Source of the DNA: a candidate division WOR-3 bacterium | GTDB taxonomy: Bacteria; Hydrothermota; Tepidihabitantia; Tepidihabitantales; DTDR01 | NCBI GenBank assembly: GCA_039801885.1 | Contig: JBDRVN010000043.1 | Coordinates: forward strand, 1 to 14,161 | Direction of reading: 5' to 3' | Length of the DNA stretch: 14,161 nt | In this document: one piece after another, positions 1-8,678 of the stretch | Position numbering within the stretch: the first letter of the stretch is position 1 | Layout of the letters: every line of letters begins with the position of its first letter | Position numbers and translations under genes: made by a program | Notes under the pieces: model-generated | Databases searched by the model: none | Seen by the model: the letters and a program-made list of their open reading frames with translations, nothing else | Told to the model about the DNA's origin: nothing

Positions 1-1342
1 GAGGTTCAGGGGGTTCTCCACCTCCACTACCGCCGCCTCCTCCGCCGGGGTTAATCTCAAAAGAGATGGTTTTAATATCTTCTATCGGTGACTCATTTTT
101 TACACTTACAAATCTTGATTTGGCAGTAATTGTAGCTTGGTAGTTACCCATATTACTTTCGAAAAAGAGTTCATAAGAGCCGGGTTCTTTATATTCGTTA
201 TTAATTAATGTAGTTTCAGCGCGGTTGCTTGTATTTGTGACTTTTAAAGTTACATAAGCAAAATCGGTAAGTTTAAATTCAATTTTGACACTATAAGGAT
301 TAGAAGCACGAGAAGCCTTAAAATCTTTAACTTCTACTCCTAAACGATAAATTTGAATTCCACAATCCCATGTCCATCTTTCTTCACCAATAATCATTCT
401 GTCAAAATAAACCAACTTATTATTTTTTATTCCAATTGGAATAGTAATATGATTTATACCTTTGAATTGATTCCTGCCTGTTCCATAACTACCAAAAGTA
501 TAAATACTTTCACTTAAATCCTCTTTCAACCTCAAAAGTCTTGAATTAGAATTATCGGCAATCCATAAGGTTCCATCAAATTCAATGTCACTAATTTCAA
601 AATCAAAAGTTCTTTCGTTAACAAAAGTTGTCGTGTTATTATCCTTACGATGTTTTAATCTAACAATTCTTCGGCTATTACTATCTACGACATAAAGATA
701 ATATTCCTGATTATTTAAACTTCTTCCGCGGGCAATAATTCTTGGACTTTGTAGGCCCAAAAATTGTGCCTGAAAATTTCCATCATAATCAAATTTGATA
801 ATCCGATTATTAATTGAATCGCATACCCAAAAACTTCTTTCCGGACAAAGAGAATCGTTTGCCATTACTGTAATACCACAGGCACAAATTGAATAATCAT
901 ACTCTCGCACATAATCCAATTTGTCTCTATCCCAATTATATTGAAGCATAGTAATTTTTGTTTTAAAATCACCATAAGGAAGAGTGGGACTTCCCGAAGT
1001 AACAAAAAGAATCCCACCAGTATCAACAGATAAAGAATGAATTCTGAAATAATAACACCAATTAAGATTACCTGGGTAATAAAAAGCATCTATCTTCCAA
1101 TTTTTAGGGTTATTAAAATCTGTGCCAAATATTATAGGCATTCTTTTCCAATTTGGATCACCAATAATAGTCACAACTTTATTTAAATCTTTTCGACAGA
1201 CACTTGCTGAAGCCTTTGGCATACCCATAAAGAATGCTCGCCAATATTTAAGAGTAGTATCTCTTGTTGCTTTATAGGTTAAAGAAATTGTTTGAGAAAA
1301 AATAAAATTAAACAACAATAGAAATAAAGAGAAAAATCTCAT
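1..1342 (-). CDS. Secreted NHL-repeat beta-propeller protein with Ig/FlgD-like domain and Gly/Pro linker; 3'-partial (runs off window edge)
   Basis: Manually translated; absent from the ORF track because there is no stop in the window. ATG at 1342 overlaps the upstream TGA (ATGA). Open for 447 codons: signal peptide MRFFSLFLLLFNFIFSQ; NHL-like blades (FWVCDSINNRIIKFDYDGNF, LYVVDSNSRRIVRL, LWIADNSNSRLLRL, TFGSYGTGRNQF); FlgD/Ig-like segment (VKIEFKLTDFAYVTLKV...PGSYELFF); then NPGGGGGGSGGGEPPEP at the edge. Confidence 0.85.
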   Translation of the reverse strand, partial: MRFFSLFLLLFNFIFSQTISLTYKATRDTTLKYWRAFFMGMPKASASVCRKDLNKVVTIIGDPNWKRMPIIFGTDFNNPKNWKIDAFYYPGNLNWCYYFRIHSLSVDTGGILFVTSGSPTLPYGDFKTKITMLQYNWDRDKLDYVREYDYSICACGITVMANDSLCPERSFWVCDSINNRIIKFDYDGNFQAQFLGLQSPRIIARGRSLNNQEYYLYVVDSNSRRIVRLKHRKDNNTTTFVNERTFDFEISDIEFDGTLWIADNSNSRLLRLKEDLSESIYTFGSYGTGRNQFKGINHITIPIGIKNNKLVYFDRMIIGEERWTWDCGIQIYRLGVEVKDFKASRASNPYSVKIEFKLTDFAYVTLKVTNTSNRAETTLINNEYKEPGSYELFFESNMGNYQATITAKSRFVSVKNESPIEDIKTISFEINPGGGGGGSGGGEPPEP

Positions 1343-2229
1343 TTTCCTTCTAATTTCTTAATCTTCGCTTCAAACTGTTTAGTAATCATTTTTACTTCGT
1401 AATTGTAAGGATATTTTTTCTTCAATTTCTTATATAACTTGTACCCTTTTTTGGGGTCGCACATAAAATAATTTCCACAAATGTTAAATTCGTGATATTC
1501 TGTGAGAATATGATTTGGAAATTTTTTTCTCATCTTATTTAACATTTTCTCCCGTTCATAAACCCATCTCCACGGATTTTTTTTATCTTCCACATCAGTC
1601 TTTATAACTGATACCCAATTGATATAAGGAAGAAGGATAGTATCTTTATATTTTTCAATAAGTTTTTCAAGTTTTCTCCAATCGCCTCCAGACTCATAAT
1701 ATTTTATAAAATCAAAAAATTCTTTCTTTTTCTCATCTGTTGGCTCTTTAAAATAGAGAATAATACTATCCATATATCTAATAATACTGTCTCTGAATCC
1801 TTGCTTTTCTTTGATTACCAAAGGAGTCCAAATTTTAATAGGTGTATAAATAGTAAATTTTCCATATTTAAATGGTAAATATTCAAAATATGAAAATCCG
1901 GTTTTTTCCAGTAAACGAAAATCGCGATAAAAGAACGGTGGATTGATTATATAAAAAGAATCGCCCGGAAAAATAGTTATAGTTTCCCTCTTAACCCATC
2001 CTTCGATTACCAATCGGGGTATTTTATACTTCTTTCCTTCACAAATTATATAAAAATCAAAATAATCTGAGGGCCAATCCAAAATTTGCTGAAGAAAAGG
2101 TGTGTCATTTTTATAGCAGAAAATTGTAATAATGGGTTCACCAATAAAAAGGGTCTCCTTATACGCTACCCATTTGGCTTTTGAAAAGATTATATTAATC
2201 AAAAATAAAAACAAAATAATTTTTTTCAT
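1339..2229 (-). CDS. Hypothetical exported protein (signal peptide; beta-rich N-half, helical TPR-like C-half)
   Basis: 296-aa ORF; MKKIILFLFLINIIFS signal peptide; 17 nt after the upstream gene and coupled to the downstream gene by ATGA overlap. No family recognised. Confidence 0.8.
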   Translation of the reverse strand: MKKIILFLFLINIIFSKAKWVAYKETLFIGEPIITIFCYKNDTPFLQQILDWPSDYFDFYIICEGKKYKIPRLVIEGWVKRETITIFPGDSFYIINPPFFYRDFRLLEKTGFSYFEYLPFKYGKFTIYTPIKIWTPLVIKEKQGFRDSIIRYMDSIILYFKEPTDEKKKEFFDFIKYYESGGDWRKLEKLIEKYKDTILLPYINWVSVIKTDVEDKKNPWRWVYEREKMLNKMRKKFPNHILTEYHEFNICGNYFMCDPKKGYKLYKKLKKKYPYNYEVKMITKQFEAKIKKLEGK

Positions 2230-2246
2230 CTCTGTGCTTTTTAATT

Positions 2247-2987
2247 TTAAGGGTGATTACTTCCATATCTTTTAGGTAAATAATAATCACGAAACCTTTG
2301 TTTACAATTATCACAAAAGAATTGATATGTGTGGGGTTGTAAGTATGGATACATTATACATAACCACCAATCACAATGAGTAGTATCTTGTGGGTCAAAT
2401 ACATGACCTATCTCATGAGCAAGAGCCACTGCTTTTAAGTAGTCTACCTTCATGTTGTTTTGATAGAGAGCATAAATATAACCACCTGCTACTATTGAAA
2501 GAGGTGCCCAATATTCTTCTTTAACACAGAAAGTTATTCCTGCAGCATAACGACGAGTAGCAACATTATAAAGAGAATCCGCTATTAAAACATACAGACA
2601 CCAACTATCACCTTTCAAAAGCCAAGTGTCTCGATAGGTGTAATTTTGTATTAATAATCTTATTGTCTTCCTATTAATAGTATCATAATTTTCTTCAGTA
2701 GTATAGCGAAGTACAGACGGAATCACATTTTCTAAATTATTATTTTCCCCATACTCCTTTATTTCTTTTTTACCATAAATATTATTACTTTCTTTAATCG
2801 CATCAGAAATTATTCCCATAGAAACCCACTTTTCTATAGTATACTTTCTATAATCCACTTCTATACCAATTGTGGTATCCGGAATGTCTGGGATACTTCT
2901 ACTTCCACCGCCTCCGCCACCACCGCCACAATCTACCTTATAAAATAGCATAAATAATACACTTATTATTAGTAATATATATTTCAC
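2247..2987 (-). CDS. Exported/membrane-anchored zinc metalloprotease, archaemetzincin (M54)-like metzincin
   Basis: HEIGH-x8-H-C-x4-C-I-M-x12-C-x2-C motif. Start re-called to GTG 2987 (MKYILLIISVLFMLFYKVDC-G8), which gives a proper N-terminal hydrophobic signal; the track's TTG 3065 extension runs through the promoter. Confidence 0.75.
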   Translation of the reverse strand: MKYILLIISVLFMLFYKVDCGGGGGGGGSRSIPDIPDTTIGIEVDYRKYTIEKWVSMGIISDAIKESNNIYGKKEIKEYGENNNLENVIPSVLRYTTEENYDTINRKTIRLLIQNYTYRDTWLLKGDSWCLYVLIADSLYNVATRRYAAGITFCVKEEYWAPLSIVAGGYIYALYQNNMKVDYLKAVALAHEIGHVFDPQDTTHCDWWLCIMYPYLQPHTYQFFCDNCKQRFRDYYLPKRYGSNHP

Positions 2988-2993
2988 ATAAAA

Positions 2994-3019
2994 ATTATAA
3001 TCATGAAAAAAAAAGTCAA
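2994..3019 (-). promoter_or_regulatory. Sigma70-like promoter of the metalloprotease cluster (likely leaderless transcript)
   Basis: TTGACT (3019-3014), T-tract spacer, TATAAT (2999-2994), 6 nt, GTG; no SD. The spacer to TATAAT is only 14 nt (16 nt to the overlapping TAATTT). Confidence 0.55.
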
Positions 3020-3146
3020 TAAGAAAAATTAATTTTTTAATTTCAATTTCGTCCTTATTTTTCAAGGATTTTTTGAAATTATAAAAATTTATTTAACAAA
3101 ATACAATAAAAGGTATGTGAAATTATGGCAGGGAGAAATTATATTT

Positions 3147-5213
3147 TTATTTAATCTCTAAATAAGGAAAGATTTTTTTAATTTCTTCTTCCGGCAGAAT
3201 TTCATAATGGGAGAAATGCATTGAATAGGTTGCCCGACCAGAAGATAAGGAACGGATAGCAGTAGCATAGCCAAAAGTTTCTTTTAAAGGGACTATACCT
3301 GATAAGACACGATATTCTTTTATTACTTCTATATTTAACACTTTTCCCCTTCTTGCTATTAAATCATTGATAATTACACCAACATATTCTTCCGGTGTTA
3401 GAATTTCTATATTCATTATTGGTTCTAATATAGTGGGATTGGCATTTTTATAGGCTTCATTAAAGGCATTGTTAGCCGCCATTTGAAAAGCAAAATCAGA
3501 GGGGTTTTCTTTGTTATAATTACCATCAAGAATTTCAATTAAGATATTAGTTATTGGATAACCAATTAATAGACCACTATTAGCAACACCTATTAAAGTT
3601 TCTTCTATTTTCGGATAAAAAATTTCTGGAATTTTATCTTTATCAAGATTGAAAATAATATTAATTCCTCTATCTTTGGGTGATAATTTAATAGTTATTT
3701 CTGCTTGGTGTAATTTATTGTCAATTATCCGGGAGAATTTGCCAATACCGATACTCTCTTTTGTAATTGTTTCCCGATAAGATACCTGTGGTTTACCAAT
3801 ATGGCAAGGAACTTTATAGTCTCTTTGTAATCTATCGGTAATAATTTCTAAATGTAACTCACCCATTCCCATAATTATTCTTTGACCAGTTTCTTCATCG
3901 TATTTTATTTTGAATGTTGGGTCTTCAATAGAAAGAAGTTCTAAACTCTCTTGTAACTTTTTCTCATCTTTCCTTGTCTTTGGTTCAATAGTAGCAAATA
4001 TTACCGGCTCAGGAAAAGTTAAAGGTTCAAAAGCAATTGGTGCGTGTAAATCACAAAGAGTATAACCAGTTTTCACATTTTTCAATCCAACAATTGCTCC
4101 AATCTCACCGGCTTTTAACTCTTCTACTTCTTCTTGTTTATTAGCATGCATTAATAATATTTTATTTACTCTTATCTTTTCCATTGTTGGCACAACTAAG
4201 ATTTGTTTACCAATCCTAATCTTTCCGGAATATATTCGGAAATAAGAAAGCAAACCACGATTAAAATCGTTCTGGATTTTAAAAATCAGAGCAGATAAAG
4301 GCTGAGAAATATCGGCTTTTCTTTCTTCTACATTATTATTTTTTGGATGAAAACCAACTACCGGTGGTAGGTCAATTGGTGATGGCAAATAATCAACGAT
4401 TGCATCTAAAAGTGGTTGGATTCCTTTGTTTTTTAAGGCACTACCACATAATACCGGATAGAATTTCAAACTTAAAGTTCCTTTTCTTATTGCCTTTTTT
4501 ATTAAATCAATTTCTATTTCTTCTCCTTTAAGATATTTTTCTAATATCTCTTCATCTTCTTCTGATAAAATTTCTATCATTTTTTCTCTCATTAATTTTG
4601 TTTTCTCTTTATAATCATCCGGTATTGGTAATTTATCATATTTTGCTCCCAAGGTTTCTTCATACCAAATATATAAAACCTGTTCAACCAAATCGATCAC
4701 TCCTTGAAAGTATTCTTCTGCTCCATAAGGAATTTGAATAGGCAAAGGTTTTAAAGATAATCTCTCTTCCATCATTTTTATTACCCTTTCAAAGTCAGAG
4801 CCAATTCTATCAAGTTTATTAACAAAAGCAATCCTGGGAACTTTATATTTATCAGCCTGATGCCATACGGTCTCTGTTTGTGATTCTACTCCACCAACTC
4901 CACAAAAAACAATTACTGCTCCATCTAAAACTTTTAAACATCTTTCTACCTCAATTGTGAAGTCTACATGACCTGGTGTATCAATAATATTAATCTGATG
5001 GTCTTTCCAAAAACAAGTGGTGGCTGCAGAAGTAATGGTTATTCCCCTTTCCTTTTCCTGAATCATCCAGTCCATTGTAGCAGTTCCTTCATCTACTTCA
5101 CCCATTCGATAAATCTTTCCGGTATAATATAAAATCCTCTCGGTCGTTGTTGTCTTACCTGCATCAATATGAGCAGCAATCCCAATATTTCTTATTCTTT
5201 TTATATATTCCAT
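3147..5213 (-). CDS. fusA: Elongation factor G paralogue (stand-alone, divergent domain IV; EF-G2-like)
   Basis: [42 protein letters not shown] and LEPIM motifs. Start re-called to ATG 5213 ([11 protein letters not shown], 688 aa); the track's TTG 5252 is the -35 box. Confidence 0.95.
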   Translation of the reverse strand: MEYIKRIRNIGIAAHIDAGKTTTTERILYYTGKIYRMGEVDEGTATMDWMIQEKERGITITSAATTCFWKDHQINIIDTPGHVDFTIEVERCLKVLDGAVIVFCGVGGVESQTETVWHQADKYKVPRIAFVNKLDRIGSDFERVIKMMEERLSLKPLPIQIPYGAEEYFQGVIDLVEQVLYIWYEETLGAKYDKLPIPDDYKEKTKLMREKMIEILSEEDEEILEKYLKGEEIEIDLIKKAIRKGTLSLKFYPVLCGSALKNKGIQPLLDAIVDYLPSPIDLPPVVGFHPKNNNVEERKADISQPLSALIFKIQNDFNRGLLSYFRIYSGKIRIGKQILVVPTMEKIRVNKILLMHANKQEEVEELKAGEIGAIVGLKNVKTGYTLCDLHAPIAFEPLTFPEPVIFATIEPKTRKDEKKLQESLELLSIEDPTFKIKYDEETGQRIIMGMGELHLEIITDRLQRDYKVPCHIGKPQVSYRETITKESIGIGKFSRIIDNKLHQAEITIKLSPKDRGINIIFNLDKDKIPEIFYPKIEETLIGVANSGLLIGYPITNILIEILDGNYNKENPSDFAFQMAANNAFNEAYKNANPTILEPIMNIEILTPEEYVGVIINDLIARRGKVLNIEVIKEYRVLSGIVPLKETFGYATAIRSLSSGRATYSMHFSHYEILPEEEIKKIFPYLEIK

Positions 5214-5224
5214 ATATTTTATCA

Positions 5225-5252
5225 ATTTTAATAAAACCAAGTAATTAGTCAA
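5225..5252 (-). promoter_or_regulatory. Sigma70-like promoter of fusA paralogue
   Basis: TTGACT-16 nt-TAAAAT, then 11 nt to ATG 5213; no SD. Confidence 0.6.
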
Positions 5253-5414
5253 TTTAATTAACTATAAAATATTGTATCAGGAAGTTATCTTTATGTCTAT
5301 ACAAGTATTTGATTTATAAAAACTTATAAATATATTACCATTTTTGCTATTTTGTGAGGGGTTATATTTAGATAGCAATATTCCTACGGATTATTTAAGC
5401 CCTACAAAATTATG

Positions 5415-5510
5415 AAAAATAAGCTTAATATTAAAGTCATTAATAAGGCGAATATTATTAGCATTAATAAAGATATTATTATTCACATTAATAAAATTAT
5501 TATTATTCAT
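5415..5510. repeat. Degenerate 24-nt tandem repeat, 3-4 copies
   Basis: AAAAATAAGCTTAATATTAAAGTC / ATTAATAAGGCGAATATTATTAGC / ATTAATAAAGATATTATTATTCAC / ATTAATAAAATTATTATTATTCAT. Confidence 0.6.
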
Positions 5511-5798
5511 ATAAGGAAGACCTACCCTGTATCATTCTCTCCACGGGAATTTTTCTTCCCTATTAACAACACTTGAATAAAAGGCTCTACAGGTAAAATA
5601 TCGAATTTTATTCTAATTTGCAAATTTTCTATTAAATTAATAACCATTTTAATAATTATAGCAAAAATAAAAGATTTGTAAAGATAAAATTTGTTTCCAA
5701 TTGTAAATTTGTTAATAAAAGAAATCATACCATAATAAGAATGAAGTCTTTTTATTATTAATTTATAACCCTTATCTTAACACATTTACTTTTTTTCG

Positions 5799-5852
5799 TT
5801 GACTTTATAAAAAATATTATTAAAATATTAATGATGTATTCAAAATCGGAGG
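5799..5852 (+). promoter_or_regulatory. Promoter and RBS of the Omp28-like gene
   Basis: TTGACT (5799-5804)-16 nt-TAAAAT (5821-5826); GGAGG at 5848-5852, 5 nt before ATG 5858. Confidence 0.7.
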
Positions 5853-5857
5853 TTATT

Positions 5858-6874
5858 ATGAAAAAATACCTTCCTTTATTATTTACTTTAATTTTTATTT
5901 CTTCTCTCTATTCAGCAGAAAGGGTTGTTGTTGCTGAAGAAGCCTACCAAGAAGGTTGAGGTTCCTGTGCGACAGCCAGCAGTGTGCTGGATCAAGTAGT
6001 CTCAATATATCCAACAAGAATTGCTGCAATTGAAATGCATATCTCTTCGACTTATCCACTTTATTGTGCAGAGGCAAGAAGTAAAATGTATATGTATCCA
6101 CCTCCTTATTATTATAATGGTCAATGGTATTATGTAACTCCTTATATGTGGTACGATGGTAAAAAAGGTGGCACAAGTTATTATAATTGGCAATATCTTT
6201 TGGAACAAAGAATGGGAGTTACTTCTGATTTAAACTTTGAATTTTCCGGTTGGTATAATCCAAATACGAGAAATGGTCATATTGAATTGACAATTACTAA
6301 CGAATCTGCTAATCCAATTACTGGTCGGCTTCAATTTGTTATTACTGAAGATAGTATTTATTACTCAGCACCAAATGGCGATGTTTGGCATAATCATGTC
6401 GCAAGAGATTATCTACCCGACCATAATGGTGAAATAATTACCGTGCCAGCAAATGGTTCTATTTCCCGAAGTAGAGATTTTACTATTTCTACTAATTGGA
6501 ATCCTGATAAATGTAAAATAATTGCCTTTTTACAAGATGATAACCTTCAACCCGATTCAACAAAAGAGGTTTATCAAGGTGGAATGATTAATATTAGGGA
6601 ATTGACTGCTATTAGCGAAGTGACTAATATTTCTCCAAAACTTACTTTTATTTTCAATACCGGTAAATCAAAAATTAAATTAACCTGTGAAAACAAAGGT
6701 GAGTTTGTGCTTCAAATATTTTCTACTGACGGAAAAATTCTTCAGACAATCAAAGATTACTTTTCTGGCAAAGAGAAAGAACTTTCTCTTAATCTGAAAA
6801 CCAAAGGAATTTATTTCTACAAACTAAACTTTTCCGGTAAGGAATACCAAGGAAAACTTATTAATCTACAGTAA
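5858..6874 (+). CDS. Omp28-related thioredoxin-fold exported protein with T9SS-type C-terminal domain; candidate selenoprotein (UxxC, TGA at 5957-5959)
   Basis: MKKYLPLLFTLIFISSLYSA-ERVVVAEEAYQEG-U-GS-C-ATASSVLDQ..., in frame with the track ORF 5984..6874 (338 aa with readthrough). Omp28-like features: RVVxxEE before CxxC, IAAIEMH, TPxxxxDG (cis-Pro loop), ITEDSI, HNHVARD, IIAFLQD. CTD: IFSTDGKIL...GIYFYKLN...GKLINL. Confidence 0.85.
5960..5993 (+). promoter_or_regulatory. Putative bacterial SECIS element
   Basis: CCAGCA-GUG-UGCUGG hairpin (5976-5990) with a G-initiated apical loop 22 nt after the UGA; 20 of 31 nt in 5960-5990 are G/C in an otherwise very AT-rich gene. Confidence 0.65.
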
Positions 6875-6902
6875 TTAATTTTATTTTATTTATTTTATTT
6901 TT

Positions 6903-6937
6903 GGGCGGAGTTCTAAATTCTCCGCCCTTTTATTTTT
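6903..6937 (+). terminator. Rho-independent terminator after the Omp28-like gene
   Basis: GGGCGGAG-9 nt loop-CTCCGCCC followed by TTTTATTTTT. Confidence 0.9.
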
Positions 6938-6946
6938 ATTAAATTA

Positions 6947-6974
6947 TTGACAGATATTTATATTTAGTTATTAT
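6947..6974 (+). promoter_or_regulatory. Sigma70-like promoter of hutU (leaderless)
   Basis: TTGACA-16 nt-TATTAT, 6 nt, ATG 6981; no SD; lies directly after a terminator. Confidence 0.65.
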
Positions 6975-6980
6975 TTAATT

Positions 6981-8678
6981 ATGGGAGCAATTGAAACATT
7001 AAAAGAAAAAAAGATTAAAGCACCGCAGGGAAAAAGTTTATCTTGTAAAGGTTGGCATCAAGAGGCGGCATTAAGAATGCTTTGTAATAACTTAGACCCG
7101 GAAGTTGCCGAAAAGCCAGAAGAATTGATTGTTTATGGTGGTTGTGGAAAGGCAGCAAGAAATTGGGAATGTTTCTATGCGATTGTTGAAGCATTAAAAA
7201 ATTTAGAAAATGATGAAACCCTTTTAATCCAATCAGGAAAACCAGTAGGAATATTTAAAACCTTTCCTTATGCACCAAGAGTTTTGATTGCCAATTCTTT
7301 ATTAGTTCCGGCTTGGGCAACTTGGGATTATTTTAGAAAATTAGAAGCAATGGGACTAATAATGTATGGCCAAATGACCGCAGGTAGTTGGATTTATATT
7401 GGAACACAGGGAATTATTCAAGGAACTTATGAGACCTTTGCTAGTTGTGCCAAAAAACATTTTGGCACTTCTTTAAAAGGAAAATGGGTATTGACTGCGG
7501 GAATGGGCGGAATGTCTGGTGCCCAACCATTAGCAGTAACAATGAACGAAGGAGTAATTTTGGATGTGGAAGTTGACCCAAAAAAGATTGAAAGAAGAGT
7601 AAAACAAGGTTTCTGCGATATGATGGTTTTTGATTTGGATGAAGCATTAAGATTGGTCGATGAAGCAGTAAAAAAGAAAATTCCCCGTTCTATCGGTTTA
7701 GTTGGTAATGCGAGTGATATCCATCCAGAATTAGTAAAAAGGGGAATTATTCCTGATGTTTTAACTGACCAGACATCGGCTCACGATGAGTTAAACGGCT
7801 ATGTTCCGGGAAGGATGAGTTTAGAAGAAGCATTAGAATTAAGAAGAAAAAATCCCGAAGAATATATTAAAAGAAGTTATGAATCAATGGCAAGGCAAAT
7901 GGAAGCAATGCTTGAAATGCAAAAGAAAGGTGCGATTGCTTTTGATTACGGAAATAATATCCGTGGTCAAGCCTATAAAGGCGGAGTAAAAGAGGCTTTT
8001 AACATTCCTGGTTTTGTTTTAGAATATATTAGACCGCTCTTCTGCGAAGGAAGAGGTCCTTTTAGATGGGTCGCTTTATCAGGAAATAAACAAGATATCT
8101 ATCTTACTGATAAGCTTGTTTTGGAATTATTCAAAGATAATGAAATCTTAATTCGCTGGATTAAACTTGCCGAAGAAAAAATACCTTTCCAAGGTTTGCC
8201 AGCAAGAATCTGTTGGCTTGGCTATGGAGAGAGAGCAAGATTTGGATTAGAGATTAATAAATTAGTAAGAGATGGAAAGATTGAAGCACCAATTGTTATT
8301 GGCAGAGACCATTTAGATACTGGTTCAGTGGCTTCACCAAATAGAGAGACAGAAAAAATGAAAGATGGTTCAGATGCAATTGCTGACTGGCCTATTCTTA
8401 ATGCTTTATTAAATGCGGTATCAGGTGCTTCTTGGGTATCGGTTCATCATGGTGGCGGAGTTGGCATTGGTTATTCAATTCACGCGGGACAAGTTATTGT
8501 TGCTGACGGAACAAAAGAAATGGACGAAAGATTAGAAAGGGTATTAACCAATGACCCAGGAATTGGTATTGTTCGTCACGCTGATGCTGGATATGAAAAA
8601 GCCATTGAAGTTGCCCAAAAATATAATATCAAAATTCCAATGTTAAATTTTCAAAAAGAAGAGAAGAAGAGAAAATAA
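6981..8678 (+). CDS. hutU: Urocanate hydratase
   Basis: 565 aa with hallmark motifs [72 protein letters not shown]. Confidence 0.98.
   Translation: MGAIETLKEKKIKAPQGKSLSCKGWHQEAALRMLCNNLDPEVAEKPEELIVYGGCGKAARNWECFYAIVEALKNLENDETLLIQSGKPVGIFKTFPYAPRVLIANSLLVPAWATWDYFRKLEAMGLIMYGQMTAGSWIYIGTQGIIQGTYETFASCAKKHFGTSLKGKWVLTAGMGGMSGAQPLAVTMNEGVILDVEVDPKKIERRVKQGFCDMMVFDLDEALRLVDEAVKKKIPRSIGLVGNASDIHPELVKRGIIPDVLTDQTSAHDELNGYVPGRMSLEEALELRRKNPEEYIKRSYESMARQMEAMLEMQKKGAIAFDYGNNIRGQAYKGGVKEAFNIPGFVLEYIRPLFCEGRGPFRWVALSGNKQDIYLTDKLVLELFKDNEILIRWIKLAEEKIPFQGLPARICWLGYGERARFGLEINKLVRDGKIEAPIVIGRDHLDTGSVASPNRETEKMKDGSDAIADWPILNALLNAVSGASWVSVHHGGGVGIGYSIHAGQVIVADGTKEMDERLERVLTNDPGIGIVRHADAGYEKAIEVAQKYNIKIPMLNFQKEEKKRK

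Noticed and set aside
865-1089. 74-aa minus-strand ORF
   Set aside because: Out-of-frame shadow within the NHL-repeat gene.
2988-3065. 26-aa N-terminal extension of the protease from TTG 3065
   Set aside because: It runs across the promoter element and buries the signal segment.
5214-5252. 13-aa N-terminal extension of EF-G from TTG 5252
   Set aside because: The TTG is the -35 box (TTGACT); EF-G homology begins at ATG 5213.
5415-5510. CRISPR array
   Set aside because: The repeats are contiguous and degenerate with no unique spacers, and there are no cas genes in the window.
5512-5562. Glycine riboswitch (GGAGAGA on the minus strand)
   Set aside because: The other conserved aptamer elements (CCGAAG, CUCUCAGG-like) are absent and no glycine-related gene lies downstream.
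5522-5728. 68-aa minus-strand intergenic ORF
   Set aside because: No SD or recognisable motif; composition is what AT-rich non-coding DNA produces.
5957-5959. Genome-wide TGA reassignment (Trp or Gly) as the explanation for the in-frame TGA
   Set aside because: No other gene here contains an internal TGA, Trp is consistently TGG, TGA terminates the 1339..2229 gene in an ATGA overlap, and the codon aligns with Cys rather than Trp.
5984-6874. Track start at GTG 5984, or pseudogene call, for the Omp28-like gene
   Set aside because: GTG 5984 has no SD, sits inside a hairpin, and removes the signal peptide and redox motif. A pseudogene is disfavoured (not excluded) because the only lesion is at the catalytic Cys and a SECIS-like stem follows.
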